A DNA stretch of 64,000 bases from SAR202 cluster bacterium (GTDB lineage Bacteria > Chloroflexota > Dehalococcoidia > Lucifugimonadales > OSU-TB39), in NCBI GenBank assembly GCA_009392195.1, contig VFGY01000021.1, positions 10,855 through 74,854 on the forward strand. Direction: 5' to 3'. This document shows, piece by piece, positions 30,701 through 40,941 of this stretch. The notes under the pieces are model-generated. The model did not search any database. It saw only the letters and a list, made by a program, of their open reading frames with translations, and was not told the origin of the DNA. Each line of letters begins with the position of its first letter. Position 1 is the stretch's first letter. A program made the position numbers and the translations under genes.

Positions 30701-31489
30701 TTAAAAATATCTATCTACTAAATTGGAATCTTCAACCGAGTCGGGTAAAAAGAATTCGTATAAATCTGGTGACCGGTATTCGTGAATTAATTTAGATTTG
30801 AAATTTGGTTTCACTAAAGTACTTTTAACAACAATTTTGTTGAAATCACTTATTTCAGATGAGTTCAAATATTCTTGAAGTGGCATCCATTTGCATTCTT
30901 CTATTTCTTCAGTTTGAGGAGTGATCTTATTTGATAGTGGTTTCAGTAAAGCTACAAAATATATATCAGATTTTTGATACCTGTACTCATGAATATGTCT
31001 AAAAGATGATATTGAAACGAACTCTGTTTTGACTCCGGTTTCCTCTAATACTTCCCGTATTACTCCATCAACTAAATGCTCATCGGCATTTATTGCGCCT
31101 CCAGGTAATTTAAGTTGATTGATTTGACCTTTCCGAACATATTTTTCTCTTACTACTAAAATCTCATTTTTTGAATTAATTGCCACGCCACCAATACCTA
31201 TGTAGTGAGATGCAAAAGGAGGGATAAATGCTTTTGATTTTAACCTATATACCAACATAAGCGATTGTTCAGAAGTGTGGTGGAAATTAAAACCTAAATT
31301 CACGGCTGGGTGTATCAGGTTTGACTGAGAAATCATAAGTTTCAACCATACGAGTTTTGAGTCAGTTGCTTGCCATCTATGAATTGATTCTTTTAAGTCA
31401 TTAGCAAATACTTTCAGGTCTGTTGGTAAATTGTTTGGTTCCAATATGATTCCGCCAAACGGATCGGTTGTTGATTTTAGAATAGACAT
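30701..31489 (-). CDS. Nudix hydrolase (NUDT6-like with N-terminal pre-nudix domain)
   Basis: Nudix box PGG....E...DG.IREVLEETGV; 'VWL..LI...V.LGF.FHH', 'PPFASH.IG.GG', 'FRH.H', 'KSDIYFV'. Confidence 0.9.
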   Translation of the reverse strand: MSILKSTTDPFGGIILEPNNLPTDLKVFANDLKESIHRWQATDSKLVWLKLMISQSNLIHPAVNLGFNFHHTSEQSLMLVYRLKSKAFIPPFASHYIGIGGVAINSKNEILVVREKYVRKGQINQLKLPGGAINADEHLVDGVIREVLEETGVKTEFVSISSFRHIHEYRYQKSDIYFVALLKPLSNKITPQTEEIEECKWMPLQEYLNSSEISDFNKIVVKSTLVKPNFKSKLIHEYRSPDLYEFFLPDSVEDSNLVDRYF

Positions 31490-31706
31490 ATTATTAATTT
31501 AAAAGACCAACATCAGTAAATATTTGTTTCAACTCTTTTATTTGGGTTTGATTAAATGGACGCATTCATATCTGAATTCCCTTATTTTAAATAGGATATT
31601 ATGACAAAATAGAATTAATTAATAGTGTAAAATTTTTGTATCAAAGATAATATTACTGAAATCGATTTGAAAACCAATCTTGAGCAATATTTACTGGAGG
31701 CCTTTA

Positions 31707-33026
31707 GTGTCAAATATAGTTGAAACATATACAAACAAATTTGCGAAATCCAACGAATTGTATCAAAAAGTCAGACAGGTTATTCCTACTGGAGGACATT
31801 TGTCTAGAGACGTTAAGCCTTTTCCTGTTGCCGTGGAAGAAGCAACAGGTGTAATTAAAAAAGATTTGGATGGGAATCAATTAATTGACTATATGACCGG
31901 TTACGGTGCTCTTATATTAGGTAATTCACACCCAGAGGTTATTGAAGAAGTTAAGAAAAGATTGGTTACAGGGACTCATATGGGAACGATACATCCATTA
32001 GAGTTAGAGTGGGCGGAAATGGTCAAGAAATTAATTCCTTCGGCAGAACGGGTTAGATTTACTGGTACTGGTACCGAATCAACACTATTGGCTATGCGGT
32101 TAGCAAGAGCTTACACCGGTAAACACAAGATTGTAAAATTCAGGGAACATTTTCATGGATGGCATGACTATGCTTCTCCCGGAGCAGGTATTACCGAACA
32201 AACAGGTATACCAGCTGAGACCATGACAGGTACACTTGTAATTGAGCCTAATATTGATGAACTAAGTGGTGTTTTAGAATCAAGAGATGATATAGCAGCA
32301 GTTATATTAGAACCTACTGGTGGTCATTGGGGACAATATCCAATTCAAAACCCATATTTCTTATCTAATGTCCGGGAATTAACCAAAAAGCATAATGTGG
32401 TAATGATAATGGATGAAGTAATATGCGGATTCAGGATATCTAAAGGCGGAGCACAGGCTAAATTTTCTGTTACACCTGATTTAACAACTATGGCTAAAAT
32501 AGTTGCTGGTGGGATGCCTGGTGGCGCCGTCGCTGGAAAAGCAGAGGTTATGGATCAATTATCTTTTGAACTTGGTTCTAATAGAGTTGATCACCATGGT
32601 ACTTTTAATGCTAATCCTGCCACTGCTGCTGCGGGAATAGCTACCTTAAAGATATTAGACAGAGATCCCATAAACAGTCATGCTGATGCTATGTCGATAA
32701 GATTAAAAGCCGGATTAAATGAACAGTTATCAAAGTATGAAGTTAAAGGCCATGCTCACGGAGTAGCTTCTATCGTTCATATTTTGCTAGACGTTGAATG
32801 TTCATGTGATGGTTACATGTGTACTCTAGATCATTCCGAAATTGCGCGGTCATGTAAAACGTATAGTGGAGCTGTCAAAATGGCTATGCTTAATGAAGGT
32901 GTAGATATGATGGGTGGCATAGGATTTATGGTCTCAGGAGTTCATGATGAAAATACAATCGATAGTACATCTGAAGCTTTTGGAAATGCTCTTAAAGCTC
33001 TGAGAGCAGATGGCATTATAAGGTGA
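31707..33026 (+). CDS. Class III PLP aminotransferase (glutamate-1-semialdehyde aminomutase-like paralog)
   Basis: DLDGN..IDY..GYGALILG, GTEST..AMRLAR, FHGWHD, DEVICGFR, AKIVAGGMPGGA, GTFNANP; GTG 31707 follows GGAGG. Confidence 0.88.
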   Translation: MSNIVETYTNKFAKSNELYQKVRQVIPTGGHLSRDVKPFPVAVEEATGVIKKDLDGNQLIDYMTGYGALILGNSHPEVIEEVKKRLVTGTHMGTIHPLELEWAEMVKKLIPSAERVRFTGTGTESTLLAMRLARAYTGKHKIVKFREHFHGWHDYASPGAGITEQTGIPAETMTGTLVIEPNIDELSGVLESRDDIAAVILEPTGGHWGQYPIQNPYFLSNVRELTKKHNVVMIMDEVICGFRISKGGAQAKFSVTPDLTTMAKIVAGGMPGGAVAGKAEVMDQLSFELGSNRVDHHGTFNANPATAAAGIATLKILDRDPINSHADAMSIRLKAGLNEQLSKYEVKGHAHGVASIVHILLDVECSCDGYMCTLDHSEIARSCKTYSGAVKMAMLNEGVDMMGGIGFMVSGVHDENTIDSTSEAFGNALKALRADGIIR

Positions 33027-33046
33027 TTTTAATGTGGATTATCAGT

Positions 33047-33952
33047 CTAGATAGTTGATAGGAATAATTTCAGCTCTTTTATAAAATCAACTGGATTATC
33101 CCCTACAACCAAATGGCTCGCATTTTTAATAGATACTAATTTAGATCCTTTAATAATTGACTGCATCTTGAGTGCGGTTGATTTTGTCAAAATGTTGCTA
33201 TGAGCTGCGTGCATAATTAGTGTAGGACACTCGATTTTATTTACTGATGCCCACAATTGATTTTGAAGCTTTATTTCACTATCCTTGCTTGATATTCTAT
33301 TTTTGATTCCAGGGTCATATTTCCATACCCATTTACCATTATCTAGTTGTTTTATGCTATTCATTATGCTGGCTCTAATACTTTCCATAGGTCTAGTGGA
33401 ATTGTATTGCATTGTTTTTGATACCAACTCATCAACTGAAACGAAATTAGATTGTTGCTCAAGGAATTTCCTAACACTCTCGGTGCCATTTGGATTACTC
33501 TCTGGTCCCGAATCCACTATCACCATGGCAGATAGTCGGTTACTGTGATTTTCAGCATAACTTAAGGCTATTTTCCCGCCCATTGAGAATCCTACCAGCA
33601 CAAATTTATCAAGGTTGAGCTTGTCGATGATTTTTATAGTGTCTTCTAATAAAGTGTTATGGGAGTAATCTTGATTTGTGCTCCATCCCGAATCCCCATG
33701 ACCTCTTTGGTCAATCGTAATGGATCTATAGTTATTGGATAAAGCTAATGCAACTAAGTCCCAAGTTCGACTAGTTTGGGCTAATCCATGAAGCATGAGT
33801 ATTGGTGGGTTGTCCGATTTACCCCAATCTAAATAATGGAATTTTATTTGGTTTACGTTTATTTCTCGGTTTTGTACTGATACATTTTCAGGTACATCAA
33901 TACCTAAATTTTCAGCATAATTTGATAATATTCGAATTTGGTTTTCGTTCAT
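33047..33952 (-). CDS. Alpha/beta hydrolase
   Basis: LHGLAQ, DQRGHGDS, nucleophile GFSMGG, ASHLV..DNP; ATG 33952 preferred over the start overlapping the amidase gene. Confidence 0.9.
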   Translation of the reverse strand: MNENQIRILSNYAENLGIDVPENVSVQNREINVNQIKFHYLDWGKSDNPPILMLHGLAQTSRTWDLVALALSNNYRSITIDQRGHGDSGWSTNQDYSHNTLLEDTIKIIDKLNLDKFVLVGFSMGGKIALSYAENHSNRLSAMVIVDSGPESNPNGTESVRKFLEQQSNFVSVDELVSKTMQYNSTRPMESIRASIMNSIKQLDNGKWVWKYDPGIKNRISSKDSEIKLQNQLWASVNKIECPTLIMHAAHSNILTKSTALKMQSIIKGSKLVSIKNASHLVVGDNPVDFIKELKLFLSTI

Positions 33953-33962
33953 TACTAAGTAG

Positions 33963-35375
33963 TTACAAAGAAGGTTGCCTGATCCAGTCAGTTGCATTTT
34001 CAAAAGAAAGGCCAACGTCTAATAAACTTTGTTCTTTAAAATATGGAGCAACTAATTGAAGACCAATTGGTAATCCTGAGTTAGAAAATCCACATGGAAG
34101 AGAAATTGCTGGATGGCCGGATAGGTTAAATGGCCTAGTTAATCGAGACAAAAGAGGTAAAGGGTCTTCCTTTTTTCCTTTTATTAAAATTTCTTTTTCA
34201 TCTAGCCCTGGGGCTAATACTGGCATGGTTGGAGTCAATAATAAGTCGACTTTTTCGAATGTAGTATTGAGCCCCTTAATGAAAGCTGACCTAGCTCTCT
34301 GAGCTCTAAGATAATCCACCGCACTTACAAAATTACCAAGTTCTACTCTCCACCTGCTACCAGGGTCAAGTTCACTGGCATGGTTTTCCAAATCTTTTGA
34401 ATGTATTTCTGATGCTTCAGCGTTAATTATTATAGTGGATATATCTAATGACTTTTCAATCAATTCTAGTTTAACCTCAAAAACTTCAGCTCCAAGAGAT
34501 TTGAGTACCGCTGCTGCTTCAAATACAGCCTTTTTTACTTCTTCGTCAATAATGTCGAAAAAGAATGAGTCAGGAATTCCGATTCTAATATTATCAACTG
34601 AAGCTTTAAGATCTTTGTAATAATCAACAGGGGTAAATTTTGCGGAATTGTAATCTGAAGGATCATGCTTGGCAATTGATTTCAGCATTATTGCACAATC
34701 AGTCACGTTTTGAGCCATTGGGCCGGGTGTGTCTTGTGACCAACTCATAGCAAATGACGCAGACCTACTGATTGTTCCAAAAGTTGGTTTTATTCCAACT
34801 ATTCCGCAAAGAGCAGAAGGTATACGTACTGAACCTCCTGTATCACTCCCAATAGCGGCTTTAGATTGTCTAGATGCGACAGATGAGCCAGATCCTCCAC
34901 TGGATCCTCCTGTCATCTTTGAATTATCCCAAGGATTTCTCGAAGGTCCGTAATGAGGGTTTAAACTGGTAGCACCCATGCCAAATTCGTGCATCTGGGT
35001 TTTGCCTATAGTAATAGCTCCGTCAGCTTTAAGTTGACTTACCATATAAGAGGTCTCCGTAGAGTAATCACTTCCATATATTTTACTACCAGCAGTAGTT
35101 TTGGTTTGAGCCTCATGAAAAAGGTCTTTGATTCCGATTGGCATACCATGAAGTGGACCTTTGTAATTACCTGAAGAGATTTCTTTTTCAGCAATTTTTG
35201 CTTCTTCTAAGCTTTTTTCAGATAAAACGGAGATAAAAGAATTTAGTTGCTTTTCAGTACTTTTAATCCTGTCTAGATGAGATTTAATTAAGTCAACAGG
35301 GGATATTTGTTTTGATTGAATTAACCTAGCAGCCTCAGTGATAGTGAATTTCCACAAATCCGAATCTCGTGTCAT
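33963..35375 (-). CDS. Amidase-signature family enzyme (GatA/AtzE-like)
   Basis: GPLHGMPIGIKD, GKT.MHEFG, NPW, GGSSGGS, IGSDTGGSVRIPS; no gatB nearby. Confidence 0.92.
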   Translation of the reverse strand: MTRDSDLWKFTITEAARLIQSKQISPVDLIKSHLDRIKSTEKQLNSFISVLSEKSLEEAKIAEKEISSGNYKGPLHGMPIGIKDLFHEAQTKTTAGSKIYGSDYSTETSYMVSQLKADGAITIGKTQMHEFGMGATSLNPHYGPSRNPWDNSKMTGGSSGGSGSSVASRQSKAAIGSDTGGSVRIPSALCGIVGIKPTFGTISRSASFAMSWSQDTPGPMAQNVTDCAIMLKSIAKHDPSDYNSAKFTPVDYYKDLKASVDNIRIGIPDSFFFDIIDEEVKKAVFEAAAVLKSLGAEVFEVKLELIEKSLDISTIIINAEASEIHSKDLENHASELDPGSRWRVELGNFVSAVDYLRAQRARSAFIKGLNTTFEKVDLLLTPTMPVLAPGLDEKEILIKGKKEDPLPLLSRLTRPFNLSGHPAISLPCGFSNSGLPIGLQLVAPYFKEQSLLDVGLSFENATDWIRQPSL

Positions 35376-35563
35376 TCTTGGTCTGCCATGAATCGAGTAA
35401 TAGGCTCTACATCTTCTAAGTCTAAATCATCCATAGAACGTATTTTAGATTGTAATTCGTTAACATGTGGCAATAATTCTTGTATCCGTTCTTCAGTTAA
35501 TTTGATCCCCGCCAGTTCAGCGAGAACCTTGAGTTTTTCAGGTGTGATTTTTTCGTTTTCCAT
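35372..35563 (-). CDS. GatC/AtzG-like small amidase partner protein
   Basis: 63 aa 'ITPEKLKVLAELAGIKLTEE...L..LDLEDVEP' GatC pattern; its stop overlaps the amidase start (ATGA). Confidence 0.75.
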   Translation of the reverse strand: MENEKITPEKLKVLAELAGIKLTEERIQELLPHVNELQSKIRSMDDLDLEDVEPITRFMADQE

Positions 35564-35605
35564 ATTTCCCCTATGTAATATTATTCAAATTTGGCTTAGC
35601 TAGGT

Positions 35606-36046
35606 TTACGCATTTCCCCAAAATTCTACAGTTATCTTATTAATTTTTTTATCTCCCAAGAGTTTTAAGGTGCTTTTATGAAATTTATTAGCTTCTTCAT
35701 CAGACACTAGCAATCTTAAACATTCTATTATTCTAGTTATTCTTAAATGATTATGATTATACTGCTTTTTCCAAGATTCATTCCTTTTTAAAAAGGATAA
35801 AAACCATTTGGAAGATTTAATAATATTTTGTTTTATGGTTTCATTTGTTTGGATTCTTTCTATAGTGGTATCGTCATTTAGATAATATGTATGAGGATTT
35901 GAGTTGCTTGGTTTGTTTAAGGGAAATACTACTTGAATGAAGTCATGTATCTGCTCAATTTGTATGTCAGTATATCTCCAAATCTCTTTTAAAGTCCTTC
36001 CTCTAAAATCACCTCCCTCTAAATTTAGAAATTTTTCAAAATCCAT
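35606..36046 (-). CDS. Opioid growth factor receptor (OGFr) conserved-domain protein
   Basis: D..GRTL..IW...D..IE..HDFIQ..FPL...S, NHNHLRITRII..L, FW at the C-terminus. Confidence 0.85.
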   Translation of the reverse strand: MDFEKFLNLEGGDFRGRTLKEIWRYTDIQIEQIHDFIQVVFPLNKPSNSNPHTYYLNDDTTIERIQTNETIKQNIIKSSKWFLSFLKRNESWKKQYNHNHLRITRIIECLRLLVSDEEANKFHKSTLKLLGDKKINKITVEFWGNA

Positions 36047-36106
36047 AATACATCGAGGGTTGGTGAGAGATGACTTTGTGATTTACATTTGTTCTGTACT
36101 TACTGT

Positions 36107-37945
36107 TCATTCCACAGTGACAGATTTAGCTAAATTCCTAGGCTGATCGACATCACATCCCCTTGTTACAGCAATATGATAAGAAAGTAATTGTAGTGGT
36201 AATGAATTCAATATTGGACTAAGTTCATGAGAAGATTCTGGCAGATAAATACAATGATCAGAAATATTAGATATAGTATCGTTTCCTTCGGTGACAACTG
36301 ACAAGATAGGTGCACCCCTGGCTTTACATTCGTTTATATTACTTTCCATTTTTTCATATAAATCGCTACTTGGTGCTATAGCTACTACAGGCATGTTTTC
36401 GTCTATTAATGATATTGGTCCGTGTTTCATTTCGCCTGCAGGATATCCTTCTGCGTGTATGTAACTGATTTCTTTTAGTTTTAATGCCCCTTCCATGGCA
36501 ATTGGGTGGTTGATACCTCGTCCCAAGAAGAGAAAGTTATGATAATGACTTAGGCTTTTTGCTAATTCATCATATTGATTTGGGTCATAAAGTATTTGTC
36601 CAATCAAGTCAGGTAATTTAGATAATTCAGATATTTTATTTTGTATTTCTTTAGTAGTTAACCTGTTCAACTTAACTCCCAGTTCTATTGCCAATAGATA
36701 AAGTAAAACAAGAGAACAGGTAAACGTTTTACTTGCGGCTACTGCTATTTCTGGTCCAGCTTTTATTTGCATGGAGTAGTCAGCTATACGGGTGCTCTGA
36801 GTATTTTCGTAATTACACAATGTTATTTGTTGTGCCCCTTTATTACGGGCTAATTCCATTGCTGCTAACGTGTCAGCTGTTTCACCAGACTGGCAAATAG
36901 ACACTATTAGTGTTTTATCGTCTACTAAAGGGTCTCTGTATCTGAATTCAGAAGAATTGTCTATTTCAGTTGGGATTTTTGCAAATGATTCTATCCAGTA
37001 TCTTGCTACCATGGCGGCATGCAAGCTTGTACCCATTCCAATAATGACTACTCGATTGATTTTATCTGCATTGAAGTCCGATAATTCTGGGAGGTCAATT
37101 GTAAGGTTATTGAAAGATACTCTACCACTTAACGTTTGCATTATTGATTCGGGTTGCTGGTTTATCTCTTTCAGCATGTAGTGCCGATATCTTCCTTTGC
37201 CTGAATCTATTTGGTTTCGTGGAGTTATGACGAATTTTTTGGAAATAGACTTGCCGTCTATAGAATAAAAAGAAGCACTTGTAGCATTGATTGCTGCTAT
37301 TTCACCAGGCTCAATGTAAGTCACATTGTTAGTGTAGGGAGTTATTGCAGGTAGGTCGCTAGCAATTAACATTTCCTCATTAGCGTTTCCGATTACAAGT
37401 CCTCCAGCATACCCTAGTCTAAAAGCGACTATTGTATCCGGATTGTTTTTGTGTACGGCAAGTATCGCATTTGCTCCTTGTAAAGCTTTTGCGGTTTTAC
37501 GAACTGATTCTAAAAAGTCGTCCCCATCTTTCAGATATTGTTCTATTAAGTGGGGTATACATTCAGTATCAGTATCGGATTCAAATGTATGGCCTTTATT
37601 TTCGAGATCGGTTTTTAGTTCTTTAAAATTTTCTACTATACCGTTATGGACAATACTTATTTCTTCGGAACAATCTTGATGAGGATGAGCATTATCTTTG
37701 GTAGGGGGTCCATGAGTAGCCCAACGCGTGTGTCCGATACCTGTGGTTCCTTCTAAATTACTTTCTGAGATTAAGTCGGCTAATTCAGAAATTTTACCAG
37801 CGGACTTTAATATCTTGGGGTATGATCCATTGTTATAAATTGCCATCCCGGAACTATCATACCCTCTATATTCAAGACGGCTTAGTCCGGACAAAATTAT
37901 ATCTTTTGCAGGTTTGTTCCCTGTATACCCTATAATGCCACACAT
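36107..37945 (-). CDS. glmS: Glutamine--fructose-6-phosphate aminotransferase
   Basis: MCGIIGY, RLEYRGYDS.G, GHTRWATHG, QSGETADT, LKLKEISYIHAEG, PRNLAKSVTVE. Confidence 0.99.
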   Translation of the reverse strand: MCGIIGYTGNKPAKDIILSGLSRLEYRGYDSSGMAIYNNGSYPKILKSAGKISELADLISESNLEGTTGIGHTRWATHGPPTKDNAHPHQDCSEEISIVHNGIVENFKELKTDLENKGHTFESDTDTECIPHLIEQYLKDGDDFLESVRKTAKALQGANAILAVHKNNPDTIVAFRLGYAGGLVIGNANEEMLIASDLPAITPYTNNVTYIEPGEIAAINATSASFYSIDGKSISKKFVITPRNQIDSGKGRYRHYMLKEINQQPESIMQTLSGRVSFNNLTIDLPELSDFNADKINRVVIIGMGTSLHAAMVARYWIESFAKIPTEIDNSSEFRYRDPLVDDKTLIVSICQSGETADTLAAMELARNKGAQQITLCNYENTQSTRIADYSMQIKAGPEIAVAASKTFTCSLVLLYLLAIELGVKLNRLTTKEIQNKISELSKLPDLIGQILYDPNQYDELAKSLSHYHNFLFLGRGINHPIAMEGALKLKEISYIHAEGYPAGEMKHGPISLIDENMPVVAIAPSSDLYEKMESNINECKARGAPILSVVTEGNDTISNISDHCIYLPESSHELSPILNSLPLQLLSYHIAVTRGCDVDQPRNLAKSVTVE

Positions 37946-38016
37946 AATCTATATATTTTACCATCTTGACCTAATGTAGTGTTATAGGAATCTATTGATA
38001 GCTATGAATATGTACT

Positions 38017-38646
38017 CTATCTGTATATACCCCTGTATTCGGAAGGTAGTAATCCTGCGATTTCTTTCATAACTATATCGAGTAGTCCTTCTGAATCATT
38101 GTTTTGTATTAATTCAGGATAATTTTTGGGGTCAATTGCGGTACCTATATTAACTGTTAATTTGCCTGTTGGGTTAAGTACTCTTAGCCATGTACCTAAA
38201 TTTTCGGTACCTGTGATGCCTACTGGTATGATTTTAGCATTTGTGGCCATAGCAAGTTTCGCTGCTCCTTTTTTAGGGTGGTTCATTGATTTTGGGTTAC
38301 GTGTCCCCTCTGGGAAAATTACTATCACATTACCTTGATTCAATAAATCCGTTGCCCATCTGTAAGCCTTTAAATCTATAGAAGTTCGTTTTACTGGATG
38401 AGCGCCATATTCCTTTAAAAGGTAATTAACTATGCCGCCTGTAAATACTGAACTTTTAGCCAAAAAATTTACCTTCCGTGGGATACTTGCGGAGAGTAAT
38501 GGTGGATCAAAATTACTTTGATGATTTGCTGCGATTATCAAAGGACCTTTTTTAGGAACATTATCAAGCCCTTTAACTCTCCATGTTGAAAAAGAGCGAA
38601 GAGTGATTCTCTGTAAGAATGTGCATATGTTATATATTATCGACAT
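38017..38646 (-). CDS. plsC: 1-acyl-sn-glycerol-3-phosphate acyltransferase
   Basis: NHQSNFD (HxxxxD), FLAK, FPEGTR; downstream of cmk. Confidence 0.9.
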   Translation of the reverse strand: MSIIYNICTFLQRITLRSFSTWRVKGLDNVPKKGPLIIAANHQSNFDPPLLSASIPRKVNFLAKSSVFTGGIVNYLLKEYGAHPVKRTSIDLKAYRWATDLLNQGNVIVIFPEGTRNPKSMNHPKKGAAKLAMATNAKIIPVGITGTENLGTWLRVLNPTGKLTVNIGTAIDPKNYPELIQNNDSEGLLDIVMKEIAGLLPSEYRGIYR

Positions 38647-39308
38647 TTTATTGATTTAAGGATTATAGCTACGGTTTGTTCTATGTTCAAATAGTCAGTA
38701 TTTATCAAGGTTGCATCTGAAGCTTTTTTTAAAGGGGCATGTGATCTGGTTGAATCAAGTGTGTCTCTATGTTTAATATCTTTTAATACTTGGTCAAGAG
38801 TTATGCCAGATGATGAGTTCAATTCTGAAAAACGTCTTTGAGCTCTGATGTCAGGTGAAGCTTCAAGATAAAACTTGTGAGAAGCACTTTTTAATACGTT
38901 CGTCCCTATATCGCGGCCAACCATTATAATCGAATGATGTTTTGATAATTCTCTTTGGTTCGTTACTAGAATTTCACGGATTTCTGGAATTTTAGATATC
39001 GTTGATACCAACTTGTTGACCTCGGGGTTTCTTAATGATGAAGTTACATCGTATCCATTGACTTTTATACTTTTTGCTAAATTGTTAGTCGAGTCAAATT
39101 CCACGACTATAGTTTTAGCTACTTTAGATAATTCAATTTCATCATAAGGGGAGATGGTTTCATTTATAGCAGCTACACTTAATGCTCTGTACATAATACC
39201 TGTATCTAAGAATCTGATTTTTAAGATTTTAGAAACTTCTTTACCTACGACAGTTTTCCCAGAAGCAACTGGTCCATCTATGGCAATTGTTAAATGGTTA
39301 TTTGGCAT
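38637..39308 (-). CDS. cmk: Cytidylate kinase
   Basis: IAIDGPVASGKT, LDTG.MYR, GRDIGT.V, RD..DS.R..APL. Confidence 0.97.
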   Translation of the reverse strand: MPNNHLTIAIDGPVASGKTVVGKEVSKILKIRFLDTGIMYRALSVAAINETISPYDEIELSKVAKTIVVEFDSTNNLAKSIKVNGYDVTSSLRNPEVNKLVSTISKIPEIREILVTNQRELSKHHSIIMVGRDIGTNVLKSASHKFYLEASPDIRAQRRFSELNSSSGITLDQVLKDIKHRDTLDSTRSHAPLKKASDATLINTDYLNIEQTVAIILKSIKCR

Positions 39309-39316
39309 TTTATCGT

Positions 39317-40072
39317 TTAATTTTGAAATTTATCAGCAGTGTCAACCGGGTCCCAATTTAAATGTTCTCGAGTGGGATTTAGATCTCTATAGTTCCATTT
39401 GTTATCCGAATTAACAAATAATATTGCAAATTTTAATTTATCCGGCGCTTCGATGCTTTTTGATATAGCTGATTTGATATCATTATGGCTAAGCCATGTA
39501 GAATAGTGCCTCTTTAGACTTGGTTTGTTTTCTGGTAAAACAGCTCCGATTCTCAAACATATTACCGATAATGAATATTCATCTGAAAAATGTCTACCAA
39601 TTGCTTCCCCCCATACTTTTGATGCACCATATATCCCTTTAGGCCATACATCAGTTGGTGGTACCATTTCCCATGGAGATTTAATGTTGTCGTAATCACC
39701 TTCGGTTAGCCAGTTGTAAGGTTCTTCCTTGTCCCATCCACGTGCTGCGTCTCCAGAACTAGCAAAAATCACCCTTTTCACACCTTGGATTCTACTTGCT
39801 TCATAAACGTTGTATGTCCCTTCCAAGTTGGTTTTAAGCATAGAGTCCCATGATGCTCCAGGCAATTGAGCTGCTAAATGGACGACTGTATCGATGCCTT
39901 GAAATGCGGCTGTTACTTTGGCCAAATCATTAATATCAGCTTGAATGCAATTTACGTCTTTTAGCTGAGATCGGTTTAAAGCCGTTAATTGATATTCGGA
40001 ATTGTTTTTCAGATCATTATAAACAAGTTGGCCAATTAACCCGCTCATTCCTGTAATCAATATTTTTTTCAT
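39317..40072 (-). CDS. NAD-dependent epimerase/dehydrogenase, uronate dehydrogenase-like
   Basis: TGMSGLIG, VVHLAA, GTYNVYEA, FASS, YGASK.WGE, LRIG, TWLSH.D. Confidence 0.8.
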   Translation of the reverse strand: MKKILITGMSGLIGQLVYNDLKNNSEYQLTALNRSQLKDVNCIQADINDLAKVTAAFQGIDTVVHLAAQLPGASWDSMLKTNLEGTYNVYEASRIQGVKRVIFASSGDAARGWDKEEPYNWLTEGDYDNIKSPWEMVPPTDVWPKGIYGASKVWGEAIGRHFSDEYSLSVICLRIGAVLPENKPSLKRHYSTWLSHNDIKSAISKSIEAPDKLKFAILFVNSDNKWNYRDLNPTREHLNWDPVDTADKFQN

Positions 40073-40095
40073 GTACGATTCCTATAGCTGATAGG

Positions 40096-40824
40096 TTAAC
40101 CTCTACCAATATAAAGTTGACCAATAGGCAAAACCGTTGTGTCAAGCATATTCACTTCAGGAGGCATGGCTGCCATAGTTAATGCTGCTGAAGCGATAGC
40201 TGTTGTATCCATCATTGGTTCTTGGTGCATGCTTCCTTTGCTTTCATCTCTCCATTCAGTTAAAACATTACCTGGATTAAGGCAACCAACTGAAATGCCA
40301 TGAGCCCTTCCTTCTAATGCTGAGCTTTTTGTCAGACCAATCAACCCGTGTTTAGACGAAGTATATGGAGCAGAATTCATTCTCGGCATTTGCCCGGAAA
40401 TACTTCCTATATTAATAATACGTCCATTTTTCTGTGGCTTCATTATTTTAAAAGCTTCTCTTGTGCACAAAAATACACCGGTTAGGTTGACAGTCATTGT
40501 TTTAGACCATGTTTCCAATGACAGACTTTCAATAGACCCACCATCAAATATCCCAGCGTTGTTAACAACGATATCAAGCTGGCTATATTTTTGTTTTGTG
40601 ATTTCAAATAGATTTATTATGTCTTCTTCTTCAGAAACATCGGTTTTCACAATAGTGGTTTCATTAACCTTATTAAGGTCATTTGCCAATTCTTCTAGTT
40701 TATCTAATCTTCGTGCAGCTAATATTAATTTAGCTCCTTCAGCAGAAAAATATTGTGCGATCTCTTTTCCTATCCCGGAACTAGCTCCAGTTATTATGCA
40801 TACTTTACCTTCTAATTTACCCAT
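40096..40824 (-). CDS. Short-chain dehydrogenase/reductase
   Basis: TGASSGIG, NNAG, GSIS, YTSSKH, LNPGNV. Confidence 0.92.
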   Translation of the reverse strand: MGKLEGKVCIITGASSGIGKEIAQYFSAEGAKLILAARRLDKLEELANDLNKVNETTIVKTDVSEEEDIINLFEITKQKYSQLDIVVNNAGIFDGGSIESLSLETWSKTMTVNLTGVFLCTREAFKIMKPQKNGRIINIGSISGQMPRMNSAPYTSSKHGLIGLTKSSALEGRAHGISVGCLNPGNVLTEWRDESKGSMHQEPMMDTTAIASAALTMAAMPPEVNMLDTTVLPIGQLYIGRG

Positions 40825-40911
40825 TTGGTACTTACCTCTTTTGTAAAAATGTATTTGGCTTCAATAATTTTGATAGATTAACAATCCGTCATATAGAACG
40901 TTGTATTGTTA

Positions 40912-40941
40912 TTGAATGCTAATACCAAACTTGATTATAAT
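40912..40941 (+). promoter_or_regulatory. Putative sigma70 promoter of ferredoxin gene
   Basis: TTGAAT (40912-17), 18 bp, TATAAT (40936-41). A second TATAAT lies at 41044-49. Confidence 0.5.

Noticed and set aside
31707-33026. Calling this hemL
   Set aside because: It lacks the PGGVNSPVR and YHGHxD signatures and has no hem neighbours, so it is treated as a paralog.
33963-35375. Calling the amidase gatA
   Set aside because: No gatB is adjacent and GatA-specific segments (e.g. SNLxRYDG) are absent.
37946-38016. Possible glmS ribozyme upstream of glmS
   Set aside because: Only 71 bp, AT-rich, with no ribozyme core; an extended -10 (TGgTAAAAT) sits ~9 nt from the ATG.
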